This document shows positions 51,138-64,000 of a stretch of DNA of 64,000 nucleotides, one piece after another. Each line of letters opens with the position of its first letter. Positions within the stretch are counted from its first letter, which is position 1. The stretch is from Octopus sinensis (lineage: Eukaryota): positions 182,714,001 to 182,778,000 of the forward strand of contig NC_042998.1 of assembly GCF_006345805.1 (NCBI RefSeq). Direction: 5' to 3'. Made by a program: the position numbers and the translations under genes. Under the pieces are notes generated by a model. The model was given only the letters and a program-made list of their open reading frames with translations. It did not search any database and had not been told where the DNA came from.

Positions 51138-52270
51138 TCTATATTATAGTGGAGAAAGCCGCTTATTAATTAGGTATGTAACAGTTACTAAAAGAAAGCA
51201 ATTATTAAAGGCTTGATTGTCTGGAAATTTATTTTTTTATAAATTCATGTTCCAAGAAATTTCCTGTAATTTCGATTTCTGAAGTTCATTGAATATCTGA
51301 ACTACAAGTTTCAGAAATTTAAATATTCGTTGCATTCGCTGCGGAGTAGATTTTAATGTTTAATAAACAATATTCGTTGCAAGTGAAATTTTCCGTTTTC
51401 ATTTGCAACAGTCTCTCACTTTCTCGCACCTCTATTTTCATTAATGATAATTTAATATTCTTTTCAAGTTTTAATTCGCTATTTGCAAAACCCACAGTTT
51501 ATTCTATATACATAATGTAAAAAAATTATTTATTGAATGAATGAATGCTATTAGACAAAATAGCCGTATAACTTTGATACGAGGCACAATTTCAAGAATA
51601 ATTTGTTTCCGAAGTTTGTTAAATCAATATTTTTAATAAAATGGAAATTTTTTAATACACCAGTATATTTTTTTAATTACGAAGTGATTTTGTTGGTATG
51701 GATGTTTGAACACTATAAGCCTTACAATGGTAGCTATGTGGTCGCTGCTTTCTCTAGCATGCTAAAGGTAGTTGAGTTACCTTGAAGTTTATTTAAATTA
51801 GAGATATATTTATTATAACTACGATAAATAACTAAAAGAAATATTTACTAAACAAATGAGATTTTTTATAAATTGAAGCTTTCAGGAATATTTACTTTCT
51901 GAACTTGCTTCTATTATTGAATATTTCAAGTTTACAAATTCAAATATTCAGCACAAGATAGTTTTTAACGAGCTTTTATTTATACGATTTTTTAATTTCA
52001 TGTTTATTCCATTCATTGTTTGCAATGTTCTGTCTCTCTCCCTCTCTCTTTCACACAAACACTGTTTCTCTAATATAAACACACATATTGTCTCTGTAAT
52101 ATTAACAGACACACACATTTCAGGTTTGATTTCGTTATTACACAAATATCACATTAGAATTTTGCAATTCAATATAGGGCGTCCAAAAAAATATGCGACT
52201 GAAAATACCAGTGTGAAAATATTATTAAGTGGTTAGCAGAAAACCGCCCGGAGGGCAGTATTTCTGCTAG
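51138..52270 (+). mobile_element. Non-autonomous Helitron
   Basis: A|TCTATATTATAG start; CCGCCCGGAGGGCAG hairpin then CTAG|T end. Confidence 0.65.
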
Positions 52271-53197
52271 TATATATAATTCTCTTTTACAAAGTTGCCT
52301 GAATACGAATAAGGCTATAAAAGCCCATAGTATATTGGGTAAAACCCTTTACACGGAAAAATTGCACATAGCCACTCACGGGACTCAAAATTCACTTCTA
52401 CCCTATCCCAAGAGATTCTGATACAATTGCATCAAAGAGATTCACTGGCTTTCAACTGCCCCAGGTAAAACATAAAAGGAAGTTTGTTTCCATTTAGATC
52501 ATAATTTAGAAGCTTTGAGAAATATGAAAATAATCTTCTTTTACGAAATTTTTTGAATGCCAATGCAACCATAAATAACGCTGTGAAAATATTACATCCT
52601 TTACTTCGTTCTCATAAAAGCCTTATCTTTCAATTATTTTCTTTTTCATGCCTAATAGAAAGACACTACCTTTTTGACAGCGATTCCATCTAGGTCCAAT
52701 AATCGAATCCAGTTGCTTCTTTTAAAGCTAATTATGGGATAATATGATTATGTAGACATATGTGACCTTGCAGAGTTATGAATTTTAGATGTACTAAGTA
52801 GGAAATTTACTAAGGTAAATTATACAGAGATGACGGGTTAACCGTATCCAAAATACCAAGGAACACATTCTAAATGCATTGGGAAAGAACATTATCCATA
52901 ATTCAGTACTTTCAATTCAAAAATAATATTCACAATGTCAACTTCTTTATTAAGTACACTTCAGTACACACTTATGAGAGAAGAAGGAATAATAGAAGGT
53001 AAGAAGAAAACTATTTGCACCTGAACGCACTATTTTCGTGAACCACCTCATAAAAGAAGTAGGTCACAGATATTACGGATATTAAGGATGGGCATGTGGT
53101 AAAACAACAACCACTTGAGTCTAAGGAATCTGGTTTGATTATACTTTAATGAATGTTTGATAATATGATAATGATGATGATGACGATGACGACGATG

Positions 53198-53228
<31 letters not shown>

Positions 53229-53240
53229 ATAATGATAATG

Positions 53241-53815
53241 ATAATACACTGGAAGCTATGTCAATACTATGAAATAACAACCGAAAAAAGATGGTATAAG
53301 CACACGCCAGAAAAGGTTACAGAAAACGAGAAAGCAACCATACTATGGGATACGCCAATACACACAGATAGAGAAATTAAGGCCAGTAGGCTAGATATAG
53401 TTGTCAGAGCTTCATATTTATGATATATATATATATGTAGAAAAATGCTTTCTAATTGATGTATCAATACCAACAGATGACAACGTTTCACTAAAAGAAA
53501 TGGAAAAACTTTCAAAATACAAAGACCTGGAAATAGAGGTAACTCGAATGTGGAATCTAAAAACAGAAACAATTCTTGTCATAGTGGGTGCATTAGGTAT
53601 GATAAAATATATTTGACAAATACATAACAAAAACACCAGGACTAACAAATATATTTAGCATACAGAAAATTGCACTACTGGGCACTGCACACATCCTATG
53701 CAAAACACTTTCAATACAGTAGCCATAGGAGCATCACAGCAAACCACAGCACATACCCAAGGCACACAGAGCTACACTCGGTAGTGAAGTGAAAGCACAT
53801 TATAAAAATAAAATA

Positions 53816-53870
<55 letters not shown>

Positions 53871-53875
53871 TAATA

Positions 53876-53877
<2 letters not shown>
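53241..53877 (+). mobile_element. R4/Dong-clade non-LTR 3' fragment (REL domain) with (TAA)n tail
   Basis: IHWKLCQYY...TILWDTPIHTDREIKASRLDIV...CFLIDVSIPTD...EKLSKYKDL...IVGALG...QKIALLGTAHIL. Confidence 0.88.
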
Positions 53878-53918
<41 letters not shown>

Positions 53919-53938
53919 ATTATTATTATTATTATTAT

Positions 53939-54492
53939 TGAGTGAGAGAGCAGTTCATGCCATCAAAGTGACACTGGGGTAAAATATACGAAGCCCAATA
54001 TACCCATCATGACTACCGTCTGATAAAGGTAACACCAGCACATGCATCACAACCATATGTGCGCGACATGGTGATCTCATATCAAGATAACAGCACATGA
54101 CCTTGCAGGTGGGCCCAGTTAATTTTCTTCTTCAGGTTGAGTAGCCCATCCTGCTCAAACGGTCCCCGAATAAGGGTTGTTTAAGGATGTTTGAAAGAAC
54201 CACCCATGTTTTTCCAGAGGTGAACTATTAAACCCCAAAAAAATCCCTCTCAACACATGGCTATGATGCTCCCCCACTACTTCTGCTCGTGATCAAGATG
54301 CACATATCGTCAGCCACTAAGGACATGCTCAACTGGTTAAGGTCAAACAACTGACAAGCAAATCTGGTATTGAGCAGAATATTTGCTGTAGCCCATCTTT
54401 TATACCAAGACAAAACAATGTACATGATAACACTTCCAATCAGTTAAGATCAGAAGCCATGAGATCCACTGCCTGGTACTGCATCAGGGCAT
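53939..54492 (-). mobile_element. Unclassified non-coding interspersed element 'X' embedded in TAA/ATT repeats
   Basis: Second copy at 56610-56918 shares the same left end and is truncated on the right. Confidence 0.75.
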
Positions 54493-54518
54493 TTATTATT
54501 ATTATTATTATTATTATA

Positions 54519-54549
<31 letters not shown>

Positions 54550-54560
54550 ATTATTATTAT

Positions 54561-54733
54561 TTATTTCTTTATTGCCCACAAGGGGCTAAACATAGAGGGG
54601 ACAAACAAGGATAAACAAGGGGATTAAGCCTATTACATCGCCCCAGTGATTAACTGGTACTTATTTAATCGACCCCGAAAGGATGAAAGGCAAAGTCGAC
54701 CTCGGCGGAATTTGGACTCAGAACGTAACGGCT
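54561..54733 (-). mobile_element. SINE family A, 5'-truncated
   Basis: Family-A body and tail. Confidence 0.82.
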
Positions 54734-54766
54734 GTAATAATAATAATAATAATAATAATAATATTA

Positions 54767-54798
<32 letters not shown>

Positions 54799-54808
54799 AA
54801 AGATAATG

Positions 54809-54848
<40 letters not shown>

Positions 54849-54904
54849 CGATAACGATAACGATGACGATGACGATGACGATGATAATGATAATAATAAT
54901 AATA

Positions 54905-54950
<46 letters not shown>

Positions 54951-56270
54951 CAGTAAGGATATCGGAATGGAATTTGAAACTAAAAAGTGTGGTATGCTTA
55001 TAATACAAAGAAGCAGTGTCGACTGATGGTGCAGAGCTACCCAATGGCGAGAAAATGAAGGATATTGAGACTAATGGATATAACTACCTGGGGATTTTAG
55101 AATACGACAAAATGAAGGAAAGTGAAATGAAGGAAAGCTTTAGGCATGAATATCTCAGAAAAATCAAGATAATTATGGGAAGAAGACTCAATGGAAAAAA
55201 CAAAATCAGAGCAATGAACACATGGCCTGCTTTCTTAATGCGATATGGCACAGGTGTTGTTAGATGAACAAAGGACAAGCTTGAGGAAATGGACAGGAAA
55301 ACTAGAAAAGTGATAGCAATTAACAAGGAACTACACCCCAAAAGCGATACCGACAGACTGTATGTGCCTTGAAACATGATTGGAAGAAGTCTCATAGGAT
55401 GCAAAATCTGTATTGTCAACGAAAAGAACAGTCTTGGATATATATCAAACAGCAGAGTGTATCCTTGCTTGCCGCTCTTAGAATTAACAATAAAATATCT
55501 ACCAAAACTGTGATGCACCCACAAACATTTAAGAAATAAGATGAAGAAGAAAGAGTTAACAACTGGAAAATGAAACCATTGCAATACCTCAGAGAAATCG
55601 AAGGAAAAGACAAGATCAGCAATTGGCCCAAAAGTACTACAAAAGGAGGTACGATAACGTGGCTAAGTTCGTCCACTGGAGGTTATGTGAAAAGTACGGC
55701 CTTAACGGAGCACGGAAATGGTACGAACATGAACCAGAAGGAGTCCCCGAGAACAACGAACATAAGATACTGTGGGATTTTACAATCTAATGTGACTCCC
55801 TAATTGAAGCTCGGAGATCAGATATTGTGTTAGATAAAGGAAAAAAGAAAATCAAGATCATAGATATTTCAATACCTGGAGATGCACGTATAAGTGACAA
55901 AGAAATGTAGAGACTTCTAAAAGACAAGATTGCAAGGATGTGGACTATGAGGAGAGTGTCTGACATTCCAGGAGTTGTAGGGGCACTCGGAGTACTAACA
56001 ACCAAGATCAAGAAATATGTCAAAGAAATCAGAATTGACATAAGAGAAGAGCAAGTCCAAAACATTGCTCTGCTGGGGACAGCTAGGATTTTGAGATTGG
56101 TACTTGGATGTTGAGTGCCTCCCACGATAATTAACAACCAAGTATCAAGACATATAATGTGCAGAAAGAGACCCCGTGAGATCTCTGACAGCAGGCTGCT
56201 GTCCGCTCTCACAAAATCGACCACAACAAGAGCGAACGTTCTGAGAAGTAGAACAATAATAATAATCATA
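54951..56270 (+). mobile_element. R4/Dong-clade non-LTR fragment (RT C-terminus plus REL)
   Basis: DIGMEFETKKCGML, YNYLGILE, LNGKNKIRAMNTW, HPKSDTDRLYVP, KILWDFTI, RSDIVL, IIDISIPGD, VVGALG, QNIALLGTARILRLVL; multiple stops. Confidence 0.9.
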
Positions 56271-56274
56271 ATAA

Positions 56275-56435
56275 TAGAAATACCTTACAATCTAGGTGTA
56301 TTGCAAAAGTGGCATTACCTGAAACTACACGCATATTGCATAAAGTACTGCCTGTCTTAAGACCTTGTGACTTGACAAACCCCCGGTAGACAATATTTTC
56401 AATCAACATCACGATATTGTATACTGTGCGACGTC

Positions 56436-56471
<36 letters not shown>

Positions 56472-56501
56472 TAATAATAATAATAATAATATTAATAATA
56501 T

Positions 56502-56558
<57 letters not shown>

Positions 56559-56600
56559 AATAATATAATAATAATAATAACAATAATCACCCTCATCATC
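56275..56600 (+). mobile_element. Third R4/Dong-like 3' tip with (TAA)n tail
   Basis: Frameshifted LQKVALPETTRILHKVL resembles the QKxALLGTAxILRxVL terminus; long TAA tail from about 56437. Confidence 0.6.
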
Positions 56601-56609
56601 ATCATTATT

Positions 56610-56918
56610 AAGTGAGAGAGCAGCACATGCCATCAAAGTAACACTGGGGTACAATTATGCGAAGCCCAATATACTCATCCTGACTACTTGTCCGACAAGG
56701 GTACACCAGGCACATGCATCACAACCATATGTGCGCGACATGGTGGTCATATATCAAGATAAACAGCACATGACCTTGCAGGTGGGGCCCAGTTAGAATT
56801 TTCTTCAGGTTGAGTAGCCCATCCTGCTCAAAAGGTTCTTGAATAAGGGTTGTTTAAGGATGTTGAATGAAACACCCATGTTTCAGAGGTGTATTATTCA
56901 AACCCCAAAGAATCTTTA
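56610..56918 (-). mobile_element. Element X, truncated copy
   Basis: Homologous to 53939-54245. Confidence 0.78.
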
Positions 56919-56977
56919 TATTATTATTATTATTATTATTGTTATTGTTGTTGTTGTTGTTGTTATTGTTATTGTTA

Positions 56978-57042
<65 letters not shown>

Positions 57043-57043
57043 G

Positions 57044-57240
57044 AGGCGGCGAGCTGGCAGAATCGTTAGCACGTCGGGTAAAATGCTTCGCGGCATTTCG
57101 TCCGTCTTTACGCTCTGAGTTCAAATTCCGCCCTGGTCGACTTTGCCTTTCCTTTTTTCGGGGTTCCAGCTGAGCACTGGGGTCGGTGTCATTGACTTAC
57201 CCTCTCCCAAAATTGCTAGCGTTGCGCCAAAACTTAAAAG
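57044..57240 (+). mobile_element. SINE family A variant
   Basis: GGCGGCGAGCTGGCAGAATCGTTAGCAC head and CORE-like block. Confidence 0.8.
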
Positions 57241-57499
57241 CACTATTATTATCATTATTACTTGTTCAGTTGGGATAAAAAGAGAATACCTGCACTTCTA
57301 TGATTCCATCAACAATGCTGTATTCACATTCATACACACTCATAAAAACATTAAAGTGTCAGTGAAAAATCTCACGGCTGACATTTTGCTATAGTACAGT
57401 TCTGAGGTGATCAACTTCGCCTTTCATCCTTCTGGGGGTCGCTGAAATAAAGAACCAGCCAAGTACTGAAGGTGATTTAATATTTCCCTTCAGCATCCT

Positions 57500-57734
57500 A
57501 TTTCTTTATTACCCACAAGGGGCTAACATAGAGGGGACAAACAAGGACAGACATAGGTATTAAGTCGATTACATCGACCCCAGTGCGGAACTGGTACTTA
57601 ATTTATCGACCCCGAAAGGATGAATGGCAAAGTCAACCTCGGCGGAATTTGAACTCACAACGTAACGACAGACGAAATACCGCTAAGCATTTCATCCGGT
57701 GTGCTAACGTTTCTGCCAGCTCGCCGCCTTTTTT
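57500..57734 (-). mobile_element. SINE family A, full length, 13-bp TSD
   Basis: Flanked by CCTTCAGCATCCT at 57487-57499 and 57735-57747. Confidence 0.92.
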
Positions 57735-57969
57735 CCTTCAGCATCCTGAGAAGTTATTCTAGAGTGAGAGAGATATACAAGAAATTAGATATAATGCAGA
57801 AAGTATAAATGAAAATACGAAAATAAAAATATATATGCTGGATTTCAAAGTTGCTGTCCAGTTTTCAGTTATCCGAGAAATATGTTGCGTAGAATGGGTA
57901 AAGAGTCTTCTTGTTCATGATGTAGAAACTTTAACATCCAACATGACGACACTCGGCACGAAATGGAAA

Positions 57970-58236
57970 CGGAATGGAAGAAGAAGAGAAGAAGAAGAAG
58001 AAGAAGAAGAAGAAGAAAAGAAGAAGAAGAAGAAGAAGAGAAGAAGAAGGAGAAGAAGAAGAAGGAGAAGGATAAGAAGAAGAAGGAGGAGGAGGAGGAG
58101 GATAAGAAGAAGAAGGAGGAGGAGGAGAACAAGAACAAGAACAAGAAGAAGGAGGAGGAGGAGGAGGAGAAGAAGTAGAAGAAGAAGAAGAAGAAGAAGA
58201 AGAAGATAAGAAGAAGAAGAAGAAGAAGAAGAAGCA

Positions 58237-58267
<31 letters not shown>

Positions 58268-58436
58268 AAGGATAAGAAGAAGAAGAAGGAGGAGGAGGAG
58301 GAGGAGGAGGAGAAGAAGGAGGAGGAGAAGGAGGAGGAGAAGAAGAAGAAGAAGAAGGAGGAGGAGAAGAAGAAGGAGGAGGAGGAGGAGGAGAAGAAGA
58401 AGAAGAAGAAGAAGAAGAAGAAGAAGAAGAAGAAAG
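57970..58436. repeat. (GAA)n/(GGA)n polypurine tract, about 465 bp
   Basis: Directly visible. Confidence 0.95.
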
Positions 58437-58559
58437 TGGTATAGGGTTAATGTTGGTGGAGATGGCGGTGACGGCGAAGGTGGCGTTGATAATGATACGA
58501 TTCATCGATAAACAAAATCTTCCGTTCCATCAGGTTTAGTTTACAGTGACAGATTTCCA

Positions 58560-58613
58560 CGCATACATACATACATACATGCATACATACATACATACAT
58601 GCATACATATACA

Positions 58614-58646
<33 letters not shown>

Positions 58647-59300
58647 GCATACATAATAAATCATACATGCATACATACTACATACATACATAAATACATA
58701 CATACATACATGCATACACATAAATGCATACATACAGCATGCATACATGCATACATACATACATCATACATACATACATACATGCATGCATGCATACATA
58801 CATACATACATACATGCATACATACATACATACATGCATACATACATACATACATACATGCATGCATACATACATACATACATACATACATACATGCATA
58901 CATACATGCATACATACATGCATACATACATACATACATACATACATAAATACATACATACATACACGCATACATGCATGCATACATACATACATACATA
59001 CATACATACATACATACATACATGCATGCATACATACATGCATACATACATACATAATACATACATACATACATACATGCATACATACATGCATACATAC
59101 ATACATACATACATACATACATACTACACAACACATACATACATGCATACATACATGCATACATACATACATACATACATAAATACATACATACATACAT
59201 ACATACACGCATGCATGCATGCATGCATACATACATACATACATACATACATACATACATACATACATACATACATACATGCATGCATACACAGACATAC
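58560..59300. repeat. Degenerate (CATA)n/(CATG)n microsatellite, about 740 bp
   Basis: Directly visible. Confidence 0.95.
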
Positions 59301-60389
59301 TCTCCATGTTTAATCTTACTTTACATCCTGAATTTTACATGTTTTGTGTGAACGTACACGAGAAACTTCCAACTGACAATAATCTTAAATACAGGTTTCT
59401 ACCCTGGTATTATCCAAGACATTGAACAACAGCAAACACTGTTATACAACAGAAGAACCGTAGAACAACAGAACAGTATTTATTCCAACCGTTATTGACT
59501 ATTTGCCAGTAAGAAACATGGAAAACAGCCAAATTCTTCGCTTCGTTTTAACATCTTTTATCTATAAATATACGGTTATAAAAGATGTCTAGAGCAATTT
59601 GAATATCTTGAGGTCGTGACCTAAGGTCATATATATTTCGTAATTATTTAGTGTCTTATACGGAGGGAAGCAAGAAAAGAACACTACTGATATTGAACAA
59701 AAACTGGATATAAAAAGGGACAAAGTATATAACCTAGCTGCAAATTACGTTCGTCATAACTTTGTAATCGATTAAAAAGACCAGTCGTTAAGTTCATATA
59801 AACTTTAAGGAAATATTTTCAAAATACGCTTTACTGTGGTGATTATTGATTGATTGAAAGATTCTTCTAAATGTCAACAACTTTCAAATTACTATTTTTT
59901 CAACACTATTCGTACAAGTACAATTTGGAAGAATTCATGAAGTAGCACCGACAATTAAACGTATTTGATTGAAATTTCAAAACACTTTTCCCCCAGATAG
60001 CAGTTTCCTAATATTCTTGTGGTATAATAATTTCATTCATATCTGATATCTCTTATTATAAAAGGCAGATTTTATCTGCCTCCCTTTGGGAGTTATACAA
60101 ATCTACAATATAGGATTTCTTCAATTACAATTTACCTAGCATTTTTAAGAGTACAATGCATCGCGTCATGCCAGGTCCAGTTTTTAAAATTTAAACTCCA
60201 ATTAAGCAAAATTTACAGAAAACTCACATTCTGGTGTGTGTGTCAAATGCTTTTCTTAGTCTGGTTTACACCACACGCAAACGCACACACACACAAAGGG
60301 AGCGAATTGTTTCACTGACGCTATCACCCTTCTCTTCCTTTGTCTTTGCAAGTTTGCAGCTATTAAAGTGAAAACAGTGAATCCGACAG

Positions 60390-60680
60390 CGATAAAGAAA
60401 ACGAATTGGCACCTGAATGGAGTGAAAATTAAAAAAGCTGTTTCTTTCGGTGAGTTTTCTGAAGAAACTGGACCAAGCCACAGACTTTCCCAGAAGAGTA
60501 AAGCCTTAGACTATTTCTATTTACTTTTTCGAATGAGCCTATTTGAAATCATTACGCTAAACGTAAACAAACCGAAAGAAACGATAGTTTGTTATTTCCC
60601 ACAACCTTAAATGAAATTAAGGCCTATTTTGCCATAAATATTATTATGGGTATCAGAAAGTTACCCAGAATAACAAATTC
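60390..60680 (+). pseudogene. piggyBac transposase N-terminal fragment inside Helitron unit 1
   Basis: FSEETGPSHRLSQKSKALDYFYLLF, then in another frame NHYAKRKQ...PTTLNEIKAYFAINIIMGIRKLP, typical of the piggyBac (DDE_Tnp_1_7) N-terminus. Confidence 0.75.
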
Positions 60681-60909
60681 TATCGTAAAATTTTGTTGTA
60701 TACCCAATTGAATATTAGCTAATAACCCATTTTCTATAGCGATGTTTGAACAAAATTTTAATAATTTTACAGAAAGTTACCCAGAATAACAAATTCTATC
60801 GTAAAATTTTGTTGTATACCCAATTGAATATTAGCTAATAACCCATTTTCTATAGCGATGTTTGAACAAAATTTTAATAATTTTACAGAAAGTTACCCAG
60901 AATAACAAA
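60654..60909 (+). repeat. Exact 116-bp tandem repeat (about 2.2 copies)
   Basis: CAGAAAGTTACCCAGAATAACAAA recurs at 60654, 60770 and 60886. Confidence 0.92.
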
Positions 60910-62953
60910 CGAGCCCTTCTGGGTATTAGCGCGCGTCTACGATGAGTCTACGATTTAAAAAAAAATTACCATCATATTTTTCCATTTTAATGCATTTTTA
61001 TATAAGGGAAGTAACTCTCTAAAAATATCTACGATGTGTCAACGATTTAAAGAAAAATTTACCTTAATTTTTTTTCAATTTTTTATGCATTTTTTTGCTA
61101 CTTTTTGGCTATAACTCTCTAAAAATGCTTATATAGTTATTTCCCTTACAAACCCGAGCAACGCCGGGCGATACTGCTAGTCTATATATATAAAACTCTA
61201 GTTGTGTGAGTGTCTGTCCCCTTCGATTTAGATTCCTAACTCCTCCCACATTTTGCGGTGCAGTTTAACCAAATTCGGGTATCTTATAGTCGTGATTCAT
61301 ATCGAGCCCGTCTGACTATTAGCGCGCGTCAACGATGAGTCTACGATTTAAAAATAATTTAACATCATTTTTTATTCCATTTTAATGCATAAAATGCATC
61401 GTATGTCGATGGCGGCGGAGTTGGCGTCCACGCTCACAGCTGCACCTGTTTGCTTCTCCCCCTTCCCTCCCTCGTGAAGCTGTGGGGAAGGGAGTGTAAA
61501 GAAATCAACGTCGTAATGCGTTGTGAAGGAAACCAGCGTTCTTTTAGAACAACGACTTCATGGCTTGAAGACACCAAAACAAAAATGGCTAAGAAAGCCC
61601 GAATTTATAAGGGAAGTAACTCTCTAAAAATGCTTATATAGTTATTTCCCTTACAAACCCGAGCAACGCCGGGCGATACTGCTAGTCTTTATATATAAAA
61701 ATAAAGTTGTGTGTCTGTGTCCTACGATTTAGATTCCTAAGTACTCCCACATTTTGCGGTGCAGTTTAACCAAAACCGGGTATCTTATAGTCGTGATTCA
61801 TATCGAGCCCTTCTGGGTATTAGCGCGCGTCTACGATGAGTCTACGATTAAAAAAAAATTTACCATCATTTTTTTCCATTTTAATGCATTTTTTCGCTAT
61901 TATATAAGGGAAGTAACTCTCTAAAAATGTCTACGATGAGTCAACGATTAAAAAAAAAATTTACCATCATTTTTTTTCCATTTCTAATGCATTTTTTTGC
62001 TATTTTTTGGCTATAACTCTCTAAAAATGCTTATATAGTTATTTCCCTTACAAACCCGAGCAACGCCAGGCGATACTGCTAGTTCATTATAAACAGCTGG
62101 TCCATATACCAGTAAAGAACATGTACACATACACACACACACACACATACGCACGCACACACACACATTCATACATACATACTTGCATATATACATGCAC
62201 ACGTACATATATATGTATGTGTGTGTGTGTGTGTTTGAGTCGTGTGTGTACTGTGAGAACATTAGAATGTCTTGCGGTTGTCATTCCGGTTCCGTACTCC
62301 TGAGTTCAAACCCCATTATGGTCAACTTTCAGGGTAGATTAAACTTTTTCATATCTCTCTCTCTCTCTCCCTCTCCTCCCCCTCTCCCCCCTCTCTCTCT
62401 CTCTTTCTGAATCGGCCATATTACTTCTAAGGGGAAGGGACGCGGGCTACCACTCACTGGTTTCAAGATTTCATTTTCTTTTCGTTAAAACAGGTAATTC
62501 TGACTTATTACATATAGGCACAGTACAGCGTCGAGGCTTTTATTACTGATTTACAGCGGGAATGAAGCACAATACATTGTTGGTGACTAGATACAAATCA
62601 TCAGTCCAAAAGGCAAAAACATTCCTGGAGTTATTTTCTGCACTTGTGAGAAAAATATTGATATTAAAATTATATTATTCAATTCCTTGCGCCCTTGGTT
62701 CCCAGTTCCCCGGTGAAAATGAAAGTACTTACTTCGTCCAAAGGAAATGTTTTTTAGGTCAAAAAGTAAAGGTGTTTGCCTTCAAACTGAAACTATTAGG
62801 GGACGAAGTAAATAGCGGACTGTTGCCTAAGGGATAGATACTATAAATCATTCAGTATGATGTTCCCATTATTAGGTTGGACTCATCAAACTTTCCTAAT
62901 TTAAGCGAGCAAGGCATTGTTATTGACTACCTAAATGTGACACTGATTCGAAA

Positions 62954-63495
62954 TGCAACAGTGATTCGAGACCTAACTGCTAGACACTCGGTCAGACACC
63001 ACGAATGAGCCACCACTGTTTCACATGATCGGTCTATAAATCGACTAATCAGCGTGAGGCTGTGGTGTGTGACGGGTTTATTTTGACTGTTCTAGAATAA
63101 AAACTCTTGTCGCCTATGAAAACTATTTCTGGTGTACAATTAATCGCAAAGTGTTCAAAGTGGTTGACTGGCACACGCACCTCTGCTCTTACCATGCAGA
63201 TGGTTCTGTTTCATTTTCGCAGACAATTCCAGGTTCTCGAACTGACTCATTCTGAACATTCACACAATATCTCATAAGTAACTTTTACGAATGCAGTGTA
63301 GTTTCTCTCTCTATTTCACTCGTCAGTTATTAATATTGTTCATTGTAAATAGTCAACACCAAATATCATTATGTCCGGCAATGAATATTCAGTTAAATGT
63401 TCCCGAGTTTACTTTTGCTATTATTCACGGAGCCAATGCAATATATCTTCTGTGATCAACTCATAACATGCATATTAACAGAAGTGACTTAGAAT
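62954..63495 (+). mobile_element. Solo LTR of the same Gypsy family as 45417-47752
   Basis: Reverse-complement homolog of both LTRs; no PBS visible downstream. Confidence 0.75.
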
Positions 63496-64000
63496 GGTTA
63501 ACAACAAATACACGAGTTACAATTACTTTTCTACAAAATTATGTTTCCTATTCATCGCATTCGACTTTGTTCTGGTCACGGCAAAGACGGAGTCGTCTTA
63601 GTAGCATTATAGGCCACCGAGAAAATCAGTGCATCAGGACCTATAGCATTTATTTCTTGACTTCAAGCTACATCATACATAGATCGGAATTCGGCCCCTG
63701 CAGCTGTGAAACTCTGGACAATTTTCCACTGTGCCCATGCCTTAAGACGGCATTGGATGCAGATATGAAACTCTCTGAAGATTCGAGCCATACAGATGAA
63801 TATATTCGGAGGTGTACTAGATGAGTTTGTTGCAAGAAATCGCTACTGCGATTCTGCATTGTTGAGCGTATGACTTGGCGAGCATGAGCCTAATAGCATT
63901 TGAGTGCTAACTGGAAGAAGTACTGTTGTGATATATCCGCAGGGAATTTTATTTAACATCAAGTCCAGTTCTGTGTTTTCGGTGCCACTTTTTAAAATAA

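Larger units (their letters stand above)
60049..62082 (+). mobile_element. Head-to-tail array of three non-autonomous Helitron units (60049-61180, 61181-61685, 61686-62082)
   Basis: Each unit starts with TC and a T/A-rich stretch and ends CCCGAGCAACGCC(G/A)GG hairpin-CGATACTG-CTAG; the whole array sits between A60048 and T62083. Confidence 0.88.

Noticed and set aside
63468-63859. 118-aa and 63-aa ORFs after the solo LTR
   Set aside because: No PBS and no gag or other recognisable motif; cannot be assigned.

Overview
Eukaryotic, AT-rich, microsatellite-dense DNA made almost entirely of transposable elements and simple repeats. The SINE families and (TACA)n/(GATA)n/(TA)n tracts look like an octopus (coleoid cephalopod) genome; this is inferred from remembered repeat families, not from a search. 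I cannot support any intact host gene, rRNA, tRNA gene or CRISPR array, and most ORF-track entries are microsatellite artefacts. Recognisable elements: a Tx1/L1-clade LINE with a near-complete, twice-frameshifted ORF2 (9098-13348, minus) nested in the GATA microsatellite of a SINE; full-length decayed Tc1 (17215-18856) and mariner (34703-35954) transposons; a Penelope-like RT+GIY-YIG element (about 42776-44830); an internally deleted Gypsy (Mag/SURL-like) LTR element (45417-47752) plus a solo LTR; fragments of CR1, RTE, R4/Dong, HERO-like, pogo, piggyBac and probably hAT elements; several non-autonomous Helitrons including a tandem array; and dozens of SINE copies. The most interesting signal is a set of short, microsatellite-flanked, non-coding elements with self-cleaving ribozyme folds. 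These are a two-copy minimal type-I hammerhead with a rare G3-C8 core covariation (22910-22959 and 50386-50431), a canonical hammerhead with a long stem II (29581-29673), a degenerate hammerhead (50004-50048), and a short RTE-derived element with HDV-like hallmarks at its 5' end (27335-27686). All coordinates were read by eye and may be off by a few bases.
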